Below are positions 16,848 to 25,633 of a stretch of DNA of 27,305 bases, one piece after another. A program made the translations under genes and the position numbers. Each line of letters begins with the position of its first letter. The first letter of the stretch is position 1. Source of the stretch: Candidatus Methylomirabilota bacterium (lineage in GTDB: Bacteria; Methylomirabilota; Methylomirabilia; Rokubacteriales; CSP1-6); the NCBI GenBank assembly GCA_046726415.1, contig JBKPAK010000338.1, forward strand, positions 1 to 27,305. Direction: 5' to 3'. The notes beneath the pieces were generated by a model. That model searched no databases. It was not told the DNA's origin and was given only the letters and a program-made list of their open reading frames with translations.

Positions 16848-17291
16848 ATGGCTCTCCTCATTCGCGGCGGCCACGTCCTCGGCGCGGAGACGGGACGGCT
16901 CGCGCTCGCGGATGTCCTCGTCGAGGGCGAGCGGATCAGCACCGTCGGTCCGAGCCTGGCCGCCCCCGCCGATGCGGAGATCCTGGAGGCCGCGGGGTTC
17001 CTCGTCGTCCCCGGATTCGCCAACGCGCACACCCACGCTCACAACAACCTCCTCCGCGGGCTCGCCGGGCGCTGGACACTCGAGGACCTCCTGAACCACG
17101 GCCCGGCCCTCAACGCTAGCCGCACCGCCGAGGATCACTACCTGTCGGCCGCCCTCGGCGCCGTGGAGATGCTGAAGACCGGCTGCACGAGCGCCTACGA
17201 CCTCTTCATCGCCGTGCCCGCCCCGGGACCCGAGGACGTCGAATCCGTCGTGCGAGCCTCGATCAACCGCTACGCCGCGCCCGTCGGATGA
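16848..17291 (+). pseudogene. Amidohydrolase (AtzA/SsnA/MTA-SAH deaminase-like), truncated by a probable large in-frame internal deletion
   Basis: N-terminal beta domain, PGFANAHTH metal motif and EMLKTGCT are present, but the ORF is only 147 aa. It ends INRYAAPVG with an ATGA overlap into the next gene. Confidence 0.8.
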
Positions 17292-18076
17292 TCGAGCTGC
17301 GCGCGGTCACCAAGAGCTATCGCGCGCGGAAGGGCGACGCGGTGGAGGCACTCGCCGACGTCACCCTCGACGTGAAGGAGAAGGAGTTCGTCAGCATCGT
17401 GGGGCCGAGCGGCTGTGGCAAGAGCACGCTCCTCAAGCTGGTGGCGGGATTGGTCCCGGCCACGCGCGGCCGGCTGACCATCCGTGGCCAGGAGGTGCGC
17501 GAGCCCTTCCCGGACGTCGGCTTCATCTTCCAGAGCGCGGTGCTGCTTCCCTGGCGCAGCGTCCTCGACAACGTCCTCTTCTCCATAGAGATGCTCGGCC
17601 GATCCCGCGAGGAGTATCGCGAGCGGGCGCGCGAGCTGCTGGAGCTGGCGGGGCTGCGCGGCTTCGGCGACAAGTATCCGTGGGAGCTCTCGGGGGGCAT
17701 GCAGCAGCGCGTGTCCCTCTGCCGCGCTCTCGTGCACGATCCCAGCCTGCTCCTGATGGACGAGCCCTTCGGGGCCCTCGACGCCATGACGCGCGAGGAG
17801 ATGAGCCTGGAGCTCTTGCGCATCTGGGAGGAGCGGCGCAAGACGATCCTCTTCGTGACCCACAGCATCCCGGAGGCCATCCTGCTCGCCGACCGCGTCG
17901 TCGTGATGACGCCGCGCCCGGGCCGGCTGGCGCGGGTGCTCGACATCGACCTGCCCCGTCCCCGCCGGGTGGAGATGGAGTTCGACGAGCGCTTCAAGGC
18001 CCTAAGTCAGGAGATCCGCGCCCTGATCTTCGCGCGGGCCGATTTCACGCGCCCCGACGAGGACGGCCATGGCTGA
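17288..18076 (+). CDS. ABC transporter ATP-binding protein (TauB/SsuB/NitT family)
   Basis: Motifs GPSGCGKST, LLPWR, LSGGMQQR, LLMDEPFGALD and VTHSI. Confidence 0.95.
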   Translation: MIELRAVTKSYRARKGDAVEALADVTLDVKEKEFVSIVGPSGCGKSTLLKLVAGLVPATRGRLTIRGQEVREPFPDVGFIFQSAVLLPWRSVLDNVLFSIEMLGRSREEYRERARELLELAGLRGFGDKYPWELSGGMQQRVSLCRALVHDPSLLLMDEPFGALDAMTREEMSLELLRIWEERRKTILFVTHSIPEAILLADRVVVMTPRPGRLARVLDIDLPRPRRVEMEFDERFKALSQEIRALIFARADFTRPDEDGHG

Positions 18077-18854
18077 GGGCCGCCTCAGGGCCCTCCTGCT
18101 TCCGGCCGGAGTCATGGTCGCAATCACCGTGCTGTGGCAGCTGGCGTATTGGGTCTTCCGCATTCCGACGTTCGTGGTGCCTGCGCCCCTCGGGATCATC
18201 GCCGAGACGTGGGAGTGGCGCTGGCGCCTGCTCGGCCACACCGGCGTGACCCTCTATGAAACGCTGGCCGGCTTTGCCCTCTCCATCGTCATCGGCACGC
18301 CGCTCGCTGTCGTCATCGTCTACTCGCCGCTCCTGCGTCGCGCAATCTACCCGCTGCTGGTGGTGGCGCAGGCGGTTCCGAAAGTGGCCATCGCCCCCGT
18401 GCTGCTCCTCCTGCTGGGCGCGGGCGAAGTCTCGAAGGTCGTCGTCGCGTTTCTGGTCGCCTTCTTCCCAGTGGTCGTCGACACCGCCACCGGCCTCGCC
18501 GCTACGCCGCCCGAACTGCTCGACCTCAGCCGCTCCTACCGCGCCAGCGCGCTGAAGACCTTCGCGAAGGTCCGGTTCCCCATGGCGCTGCCCTTCTTCT
18601 TCAGCGGCCTCAAGGTAGCAGTGACCCTGGCGGTTATCGGCGCCGTCGTCGGCGAGTTCGTGGGGTCCGACAAGGGGCTGGGGTATGTCATTCTCTCCGC
18701 GACGTCCTACTGGAAGTCGAACTTGGCCTTCGGGGCGATGGGTATCCTCGCCCTTCTGGCCGTGGGCCTCTTCGGGCTCGTCGAGCTGGTCGAGCGCCTC
18801 GTCTGCCCTTGGTACGCCTTCGCGCGCGAAAGCGCCGAGGCGCGCTCCGAGTGA
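18069..18854 (+). CDS. ABC transporter permease (TauC/SsuC family)
   Basis: Multiple TM helices with QAVPKVAIAP, KVRFPMALP and GAVVGEFVGSDKGLG. Confidence 0.93.
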   Translation: MAEGRLRALLLPAGVMVAITVLWQLAYWVFRIPTFVVPAPLGIIAETWEWRWRLLGHTGVTLYETLAGFALSIVIGTPLAVVIVYSPLLRRAIYPLLVVAQAVPKVAIAPVLLLLLGAGEVSKVVVAFLVAFFPVVVDTATGLAATPPELLDLSRSYRASALKTFAKVRFPMALPFFFSGLKVAVTLAVIGAVVGEFVGSDKGLGYVILSATSYWKSNLAFGAMGILALLAVGLFGLVELVERLVCPWYAFARESAEARSE

Positions 18855-18941
18855 GATTGCCGCGAACCTCGCCAAACCGCTTTGTCGCGGCTCGAACAGC
18901 GCGCGCCGACTTGCCCTACGGGGCTCCGCCCTCGCGGCCTG

Positions 18942-19769
18942 TCAGAAACTCGCCCGGGTCGTGCCCCGGTACAGGAGCTTCACCTGTCGATCGCTGATGT
19001 CGGCGTGGAGGGCGAGCGCCTCCGGATCGAGGTCGGCCCCCGGCGCGGGCTCGAGGTCGAAGTGCCCGAAGGCGTCCCGGCCACGCACCAGCGTGGCGCT
19101 GTCGCGCGGCCCCGCCAGCTGGCGGACACGGGTGGGGATGTAGCGGATCGCGTATCCAATCCGTCGATCGGCCGAGGCGTTCGGGCGCGAGCCGTGAACG
19201 ATCAGGACATGGTGCAGCGACATTTCGCCAGGTCTCAGGACGATGTCGACCGCCTCGCGCTCGTCGACCTCGACCTCGACTTCCTGGCCCCGGGAGAGCA
19301 GGTTGTCGGGATCGAAGGTGTCGAGGTGCGCCACCTGGTTCCGGTGGCTGCCGGGAATGACTTGCATGTTGCCGTTCTCTGGCGTACTCGCGGTGAAGGC
19401 GACCCACGCGGTGACCACGTCCGGCTCGCTCAGTCCCCAGTACGTGGCATCCTGGTGCCACGAGACATAGCCCCGGCTGCTCGCCTCCTTGGTGAAGAAG
19501 GAGCTGTTCCAGCACAGGATGTCGGGACCGATCACGTCCTCGACGGCGTCGAGCACCGACGGATGGCGCACCAGCTCAGCTAGCCACGTGAAAAGCAGGT
19601 GGGGCTTGATGCGATAGACACCCCGGAGCGGACCACCAAGGTCGCGCTCCACCGATTCGAGTCGCTCCCGGTACCGCGCAGCTTCCTCGGGGGGCACGAG
19701 GACGATGGGGTAGTAGTACCCATCCCGCCGGTACTGCTCTACCGCTGCTTCCGACAACACCTTGCCCAT
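18942..19769 (-). CDS. Phytanoyl-CoA dioxygenase (PhyH) family Fe(II)/2-oxoglutarate dioxygenase
   Basis: GGAGG RBS precedes ATG at 19769. Motifs YRRDGY, WHQD (HxD), ENGNMQVIPGSH and HGSRPN.S..RRIG. Confidence 0.92.
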   Translation of the reverse strand: MGKVLSEAAVEQYRRDGYYYPIVLVPPEEAARYRERLESVERDLGGPLRGVYRIKPHLLFTWLAELVRHPSVLDAVEDVIGPDILCWNSSFFTKEASSRGYVSWHQDATYWGLSEPDVVTAWVAFTASTPENGNMQVIPGSHRNQVAHLDTFDPDNLLSRGQEVEVEVDEREAVDIVLRPGEMSLHHVLIVHGSRPNASADRRIGYAIRYIPTRVRQLAGPRDSATLVRGRDAFGHFDLEPAPGADLDPEALALHADISDRQVKLLYRGTTRASF

Positions 19770-19887
19770 GATGGCCTCCCTGCGGCAACCATACATCACT
19801 GACTCGCGCGGATCCGCCGGTCCACGGGGGCGGCGCCCCGAGCGCGGGGGGTCGGAGGGCCGGTCGAAACCCCCTTCCCCAGTTCGC

Positions 19888-20781
19888 TCAGGGGACGACG
19901 GCAGCCCGCGCCGCCGCCAGCCGCGAGGCCTGTTCGTGGAGGTCGGGCGTGCCGAGTCGCTGCGCCCACGTGGCGAACTCGGCGCGGGGGCCGCTCCAGC
20001 GCAACGCGTCCACGTCGGCGTCGATGGGCGCATCCGCGCGCAAGGTGGCCAGTGTCCGGAACAGCCGCGCGCGCTCGCCCTGTTCGGTGAGCGTCGCGGC
20101 CAGTCGCATCGATCCGCGCACCGAAACGTCCCACTTCCCGCTCAACCGCGGAATGTGCTCGAGGTGATGATAGCGGGCCAGCACCGTGGCGGCGGAGGTG
20201 GGACCCCACCCGGGCAGACCGGGGTAACCGTCGGCGCTGTCGCCCACCAGCGCGAGCCAATCGGGAAGCGATGGGGGAGAGACGCCGAATTTCCGGCGCA
20301 CCGCCGCCTCGTCCCGGAGCTCGCGCGTGCGCCGATCGAGCTGAACGATCCGGTCGCCGCTCACACACTGGGCCAGATCCTTGTCCGCCGAGCACACGAC
20401 GACCTGCTGGACGCGCGCATCGGCCGCCGCCATGACCGCGGCCGCCGCCAGCGCATCATCGGCCTCGAACTCGACCATGGGCCACACCACCACCCCGAGC
20501 GCCCTCAGCGCATCCTCCAGCGGCTGGAACTGCGAATACAGCAGCGGGTCGATGCCCTCGCCCGTCTTGTAGCCGGGCCAGAGCGCGTTCCGAAAGGATT
20601 CGATGATGTGATCGGTCGCGACGCCGAGATGGGTGGCGCCGCCCGCGAGCATACCCAGAACGGATGCGACGACGCCGCGCACGGCCCTCAGCTCCTCCGG
20701 AGCGCGCCGGTCGAACTGCGCCGCCGGCGAAAGGAAGTAGCGGAACAGCTCGAACGTGCCGTCGATCAGATGGACGATCAC
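19888..20781 (-). CDS. Stand-alone 5'-3' exonuclease / flap endonuclease (PolI 5'-nuclease-like, H3TH)
   Basis: Motifs HLIDGT, FRNALWPGYK, EFEADDALA, SADKDLAQ and ALVGDSADGYPGLPGWGPTSA. Confidence 0.92.
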   Translation of the reverse strand: MIVHLIDGTFELFRYFLSPAAQFDRRAPEELRAVRGVVASVLGMLAGGATHLGVATDHIIESFRNALWPGYKTGEGIDPLLYSQFQPLEDALRALGVVVWPMVEFEADDALAAAAVMAAADARVQQVVVCSADKDLAQCVSGDRIVQLDRRTRELRDEAAVRRKFGVSPPSLPDWLALVGDSADGYPGLPGWGPTSAATVLARYHHLEHIPRLSGKWDVSVRGSMRLAATLTEQGERARLFRTLATLRADAPIDADVDALRWSGPRAEFATWAQRLGTPDLHEQASRLAAARAAVVP

Positions 20782-20877
20782 GACCGGAACGATACGGCAA
20801 GGCGGTCGTCATGGTCCAGCCTGGGGGACGTCAGTGCTGGTGACGTCAGGAGGGCGAAGCGCAGAGGATGGGCCGGC

Positions 20878-20955
20878 CATTTGAGCCTGGCGCGTGTCGG
20901 TGGCCAGCATTGGAGCCTGGCGCGCTGTCGGGCACCCGCATTGCGGCCTGGCGCG
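20878..20955 (+). repeat. Three direct repeats with 30-31 bp period abutting a -35 box
   Basis: CATT-N3-GCCTGGCGCG at 20878, 20908 and 20939. The GCCTGGCGCG core is identical at 20885, 20915 and 20946. Confidence 0.85.
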
Positions 20956-20956
20956 A

Positions 20957-20985
20957 TTGACAACAACGGTCCCCGTCTCTATAGT
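20957..20985 (+). promoter_or_regulatory. Sigma70-type promoter of the Liv-type operon
   Basis: TTGACA (20957-20962), 17-nt spacer, TATAGT (20980-20985), 77 nt upstream of the ATG at 21063. Confidence 0.8.
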
Positions 20986-21062
20986 CCCCGCAATCCCGGG
21001 CGGTGGACAGACGGCGGCCGCGGGACGGTCTGGGTAACGCCCGCACCCCAGGAGGGAAGGCA

Positions 21063-22232
21063 ATGGCGCTACGGGTTCCTCTAACGTGCATCGCGCTCTT
21101 CGCCGCTGCGCTGATGGCCGTGAGTCCGGGGAATGCCGGAGCGGCGGACGTCATCAAGTTCGGGATCTCGACACCCCTTTCCGGCCCGGCCGCGCCGTGG
21201 GGGATTCCCCACAAGCAGGCGGTCGAGCTGGTCTTCGAGGAGATCAACAGCCAGGGCGGCCTGGAGGTGGGCGGCAAGAAGTACAAGCTCGAGGTGGTCG
21301 CCTACGACCACAAGTACGTGATCGCCGAGGGGGTGGCCACCGTCAACCGGCTCATCGCCAAGGATGGCGTGAAATACATCTCCATCCTGGGTGGAACCGT
21401 GGTCAAGGCCGCCGAGGAGTCCGTCAACGAAGGCCGCGTCTTGAATCTGCCGCTAGCCTACGCCGAGGGGTTGGTGAGCCCGAAGAATCCCCTCACCTTC
21501 CATAGCTTCCCGTCTCCGCCGGAGACCATCACCTTCTGGAAGTGGATCAAGCAGAACCATCCGAACATCAAGCGGGTGGCCTCCGTCACCCCGAACGACG
21601 ATACCGGATGGTGGTCGCTCAAAGTGGAGACGAAGTACGTCGAGAAGCTGGGCTACGAGGTGGTGTCCCGAGAGTTCTTCGAGCGCACGGTGACCGACTT
21701 CAATCCCCTTCTGCTCCGCGTCCTGGCCCAGAAGCCCGACATCATCAGCGTGCTCGCCTCGCCGGCCGGCAGCGTGGGCCTGATCATCAAGCAGGCTCGC
21801 GTGCTCGGCTTCAAAGGCCGGTTCATCCACGTCGGCCAGATGGACACCTCCGTGGTGGCGGGGATCGCCGGCAAGGAGAACGTGGAAGGCACGTGGGTCC
21901 ACGGCTTCGTGCAAACCCCGCTGCCGGAGAAGGTCAAGAGCTGGCAGGCGCGCTACACCAAGAAATACGGCGAATGGAATGCCACCAGCATCGACTTCAC
22001 CAATCCCGCCTTCGCGTTCATCGCCGGGGTCCGCAAGGCCCAGAGCCTCGACCCGAACAAGATCGGCGAGGCGCTGCGCACCGTCGAGTTCGACAACCTC
22101 TGGGGCAAGGCGCATTTCGGGGGCAAGGAATACTACGGCATCGGCAACCAGATCATCTATTCAATGCCGTTCTCCGAGGTGAAGGACGGGGTCGCCCACC
22201 TCGTCGTGCAGCTGACTCCACCGCACAACTGA
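21063..22232 (+). CDS. livK: Branched-chain amino acid type (LivJ/LivK-like) ABC substrate-binding protein
   Basis: GGAGGGAAGG RBS and signal peptide. Motifs IKFGISTPLSGPAAPWG, EEINSQGG and TDFNPLL. True ligand unknown. Confidence 0.88.
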   Translation: MALRVPLTCIALFAAALMAVSPGNAGAADVIKFGISTPLSGPAAPWGIPHKQAVELVFEEINSQGGLEVGGKKYKLEVVAYDHKYVIAEGVATVNRLIAKDGVKYISILGGTVVKAAEESVNEGRVLNLPLAYAEGLVSPKNPLTFHSFPSPPETITFWKWIKQNHPNIKRVASVTPNDDTGWWSLKVETKYVEKLGYEVVSREFFERTVTDFNPLLLRVLAQKPDIISVLASPAGSVGLIIKQARVLGFKGRFIHVGQMDTSVVAGIAGKENVEGTWVHGFVQTPLPEKVKSWQARYTKKYGEWNATSIDFTNPAFAFIAGVRKAQSLDPNKIGEALRTVEFDNLWGKAHFGGKEYYGIGNQIIYSMPFSEVKDGVAHLVVQLTPPHN

Positions 22233-22268
22233 TTGGAGCGGCGCCCCTTTGGGGCCCCCCGCTCCCAA
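22233..22268 (+). other. Intercistronic stem-loop after the SBP gene (mRNA stabiliser or partial terminator)
   Basis: GGAGCGG...GCCCC-TTT-GGGGC...CCGCTCC nested inverted repeat immediately after the stop codon. Confidence 0.6.
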
Positions 22269-22291
22269 GCGCTCGGTGCACCTGAGATCGA

Positions 22292-23155
22292 ATGAGTACG
22301 ACGCTCCTGGTCCAGAGTACGGTCATCGGGTTGTCCATCGGCTCGATCTACATCTTGATGGCCCTCGGGCTCACCCTCATGTTCGGCATGATGCACATCA
22401 TCAACTTCGCCCATGGGGCGGTCTACATGCTGGGCGCCTTCGTCATCTACTACGTCTTCTTCCAGTGGGGGGCGCCGTACTTCGCGGCCCTCGTGGTGGC
22501 CATGCTCCTGCTGGGAGTCTTCGGGTATCTCGTCGAACGCAGCGTCTACCGGCCCATCAAGGGGGGGATCGAGCCTACCCTGGTCGCCCTGCTGGCCCTC
22601 ACCACGCTTCTGCAGGCCGCCGGGTACCCGGTCTTTGGTCCCCTGGACCGACACGTGCCGCCGGTATTCTCGGGAACGAGAAACATTCTCGGCGTGATGA
22701 TCTCGGTCGAGCGCTTGATGATCATTCCCGTGGCCGGCGCCCTCGTCGTCGGCCTCTACCTGTTCATCAACAAGACTAAGATGGGCGCGGCCATGCGGGC
22801 CATCGAGCAGGACAAGGAGGCGGCCGCCCTGCAGGGGGTCAACGTGCACGTGGTCAACGGCCTGGCCTTCGCCATCGGTTTTGCCTTGGCCGCGGCGGCC
22901 GGGGCGCTCATGGCGCCGATCTTCAAGCTCGACCCGATGATGGGGGAACAGCCGCTGTTGAAGGCCTTCATCATCATCATCCTGGGCGGCCTCGGCAGCA
23001 TTCCCGGAGCAATCCTGGGCGGGCTCATCCTGGGTCTCATCGACTCCATCGTGGCCACCGCGCTCGGTGCCGAGCCGGCCTTTCTCCTGAGCTTTGTCTT
23101 CATCATCCTGCTGTTGCTGTGGAGACCGACCGGGCTCTTCGGCCATGCCCCGTAG
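22292..23155 (+). CDS. livH: Branched-chain amino acid ABC permease
   Basis: Motifs LMALGLTLMFGMMHIINFAHG, G.AMRA..QD.EAA.LQGVN, GGLGSIPGA and RPTGLFG. Confidence 0.92.
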   Translation: MSTTLLVQSTVIGLSIGSIYILMALGLTLMFGMMHIINFAHGAVYMLGAFVIYYVFFQWGAPYFAALVVAMLLLGVFGYLVERSVYRPIKGGIEPTLVALLALTTLLQAAGYPVFGPLDRHVPPVFSGTRNILGVMISVERLMIIPVAGALVVGLYLFINKTKMGAAMRAIEQDKEAAALQGVNVHVVNGLAFAIGFALAAAAGALMAPIFKLDPMMGEQPLLKAFIIIILGGLGSIPGAILGGLILGLIDSIVATALGAEPAFLLSFVFIILLLLWRPTGLFGHAP

Positions 23156-24119
23156 CCTTCGCACCGCGGCCATCATGCTCGTGGTCCTGGCCCTCTTGCT
23201 CCTGCTGCCGATCGTGGGCGGGGACTACTACGTCTATATCTTCGCCCTGGTGTTCACCAACGTCATCCTTGCCGCGAGCCTGCGGCCGTCGCTCGCCTGT
23301 GGCCAGCTCAACATCGGCCACTCCGCGTTCATGTGCATCGGGGCGTACGCCTCGGCGCTCCTGGCCAAGAACCTCGACGTTCCGTTCGCGATCTCGCTCC
23401 TGGCGGGGGCGGCCCTGGCCGCCGTCGTTGGAATCGCCATCGGGTATCCGTCGCTGAGGCTACGTGGGGTCTACTTTGCGATGGTCACGGTGGCCTTCGT
23501 CGAGGCCATCCGCCTCCTCGCGCAGATCTGGGTTCCACTCACCCGTGGCAACGCCGGCCTGAGCGGAATTCCCAAGCCCAGGATCCTGGGGATGACGCTG
23601 GGCACCAGGACGAGCCAGTACTACCTGGCCCTCGCCTTGATGCTAATCGTCCTCGTCATCCTGTACAAGCTCGAGTCCAGCCGTCTCGGGCTCATCTGGA
23701 AGAGCATCGGCATGGCCGACAACCTGGCCCAATCGCTCGGGGTCAACATCGCCAACTACAAGCTGCTCGCCTTCACCCTCGGCTGCTTCTTCGCCGGGGT
23801 GGCCGGCGCGTTCTACGCGCACTTCATTCGCTTCCTCTTTCCTCCCGAGTTCGGCTTCCTGCTGGCCACGAACATCCTCGTGTACAACTACGTCGGGGGG
23901 CGGGGGCATTTCGCCGGCCCGATCGTCGGCGCCGTCTTTCTGTCGCTGCTGTCCGAGCCGTTCCGGGGCAGTCCGTACGAGACGATCTTCTATTCCATCA
24001 CCATGCTGCTGACGATCCTCTTCCTGCCCGGTGGTCTCATCACCTTGCCCGGCAAGCTAGGGGGACTCCGGCGCTGGCGGCCGGCGTCGAGCACGTATGC
24101 CCCTTCTGGAAACGCGTAA
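23145..24119 (+). CDS. livM: Branched-chain amino acid ABC permease
   Basis: Motifs GQLNIGHSAF..IGAY, LRLRGVYFAMVT, GG.G...GPIVGA and LPGGL. Confidence 0.92.
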   Translation: MPRSLRTAAIMLVVLALLLLLPIVGGDYYVYIFALVFTNVILAASLRPSLACGQLNIGHSAFMCIGAYASALLAKNLDVPFAISLLAGAALAAVVGIAIGYPSLRLRGVYFAMVTVAFVEAIRLLAQIWVPLTRGNAGLSGIPKPRILGMTLGTRTSQYYLALALMLIVLVILYKLESSRLGLIWKSIGMADNLAQSLGVNIANYKLLAFTLGCFFAGVAGAFYAHFIRFLFPPEFGFLLATNILVYNYVGGRGHFAGPIVGAVFLSLLSEPFRGSPYETIFYSITMLLTILFLPGGLITLPGKLGGLRRWRPASSTYAPSGNA

Positions 24120-24858
24120 CCTCACCAAGCACTTCGGCGGACTCGCCGCCGTCAACCGCGTGGGTCTCACCGTCGACGAAGGCGAGATCGTCGGCCTCAT
24201 CGGCCCCAACGGCGCCGGCAAGACTACGTGCTTCAATCTCCTGTCCGGCTTCCTGCGGCCCACCGCCGGCACCATCGCCTTCGGGGGCCAGGACATCACC
24301 GGGCTCCGACCGCACCAGGTCGTCGGACGCGGGCTGGTGCGCACCTTCCAGCTCACCACGCTATTTCAGGACATGACGGCCCTGGAGAACGTTCTCCTGG
24401 GGCTGCACCTGCACAGTCGCCGAGGCCTCGGGCAGGTCCTGTTCAACCGCCGGAGCTTTCCGCGGGATGAGGTCGCCAGCGGCCGCACCGTGCTGGAGTT
24501 TACCGGGCTGGCGTCCCACGCCGACCAACTGGCGAGGAACCTGCCGCACGGGCACCAGCGCGTCCTGGGCATCGCGATGGCCCTGGCCGCTCGCCCGCGG
24601 CTCCTGCTGCTGGACGAGCCGGTCACGGGCATGAACCTGGAGGAAAGCGGTCGCGTCATGGACCTGGTCAAGACCATCCGCGATCGAGGGACGACCATCC
24701 TCCTCGTGGAGCACAACATGAAGGCGGTCATGGGCACCTGCGAACGCATCGTCGTGCTGAACTTCGGCCAGAAGCTGGCCGAGGGCACGCCGGCCGCGGT
24801 GAGCACCAACCGGAACGTGGTCGAGGCCTACCTCGGAGCGGGAGCCGAGCTTGCTTGA
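24097..24858 (+). CDS. livG: Branched-chain amino acid ABC ATPase
   Basis: Motifs FGGLAAV, GPNGAGKTT, RTFQ, LLLLDEP, VEHNM and VVEAYLG. Confidence 0.93.
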   Translation: MPLLETRNLTKHFGGLAAVNRVGLTVDEGEIVGLIGPNGAGKTTCFNLLSGFLRPTAGTIAFGGQDITGLRPHQVVGRGLVRTFQLTTLFQDMTALENVLLGLHLHSRRGLGQVLFNRRSFPRDEVASGRTVLEFTGLASHADQLARNLPHGHQRVLGIAMALAARPRLLLLDEPVTGMNLEESGRVMDLVKTIRDRGTTILLVEHNMKAVMGTCERIVVLNFGQKLAEGTPAAVSTNRNVVEAYLGAGAELA

Positions 24859-25555
24859 GGTCAGGGATTTGAGAGTCCGCTACGGCACCGTGGACGCGGT
24901 CAAAGGGGTGTCCTTCGAGGTGTCCGAGCGGGCGATCGTCAGCCTCATCGGAGCCAATGGCGCCGGTAAAACGACGAGCCTCCGTGCCCTGACGGGGCTG
25001 GTCAGGCCCAGCAGCGGCGAGATCCGCTTCGAGAACACCTCCCTGGTCGGCCTCGCCCCGCACCAGATCGTGCGCTTGGGCATCGCGCACGTGCCGGAGG
25101 GACGCCGGTTATTTCCCAAGATGACCGTCCTGGAAAATCTCAAGATGGGCGCCTACCTACAGACCAACAAGGCCGCCGTGGGGGCCACCCTGGAGATGAT
25201 CTATCAGCACTTCCCCATTCTCAGAGAGCGCGGGCGCCAACGGGCTGGCTCGTTGAGCGGCGGTGAGCAGCAGATGTTGGCCATTGCCCGGGCCTTGATG
25301 AACCGGCCGAAGTTGCTCCTGCTGGATGAGCCCTCCATGGGCCTCTCGCCCATCATGACGGCCGAGATCGGCAAGGTCATCCGGCAGATCAACGCCCTGG
25401 AGGTGTCCATCATTCTCGTGGAGCAGAACGCCATGCTGGCCCTCACCCTTGCCCAGCACGGCTACGTGTTGGAGACGGGCAGCCTCGTTATCCAGGGCAA
25501 AGCTCAGGACCTCCTGCGCGACGAAGGGGTGAAAAAGGCCTACCTCGGGATCTGA
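24851..25555 (+). CDS. livF: Branched-chain amino acid ABC ATPase
   Basis: Motifs GANGAGKTT, VPEGRRLF, LSGGEQQMLAIARALM, LDEPSMGLSP and VEQN. TTG start overlaps livG. Confidence 0.93.
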   Translation: MLEVRDLRVRYGTVDAVKGVSFEVSERAIVSLIGANGAGKTTSLRALTGLVRPSSGEIRFENTSLVGLAPHQIVRLGIAHVPEGRRLFPKMTVLENLKMGAYLQTNKAAVGATLEMIYQHFPILRERGRQRAGSLSGGEQQMLAIARALMNRPKLLLLDEPSMGLSPIMTAEIGKVIRQINALEVSIILVEQNAMLALTLAQHGYVLETGSLVIQGKAQDLLRDEGVKKAYLGI

Positions 25556-25561
25556 ACCCGC

Positions 25562-25590
25562 CGCCCGTCGTGTATTCTGAACGGCGGGCG
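25562..25590 (+). other. Intergenic hairpin between livF and the LLM gene
   Basis: CGCCCGTCGT-N9-ACGGCGGGCG, a 10-bp stem with one G-U pair. Confidence 0.4.
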
Positions 25591-25633
25591 CCGGAACCCT
25601 TCGGTCCCTGGACCAGCCCTGAAGGAGTCTCGA

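Noticed and set aside
20878..20955. Repeat array considered as a mini-CRISPR
   Set aside because: Repeats are 17 nt with ~13-nt mutually similar spacers, there is no leader or cas gene, and the position fits a promoter element.
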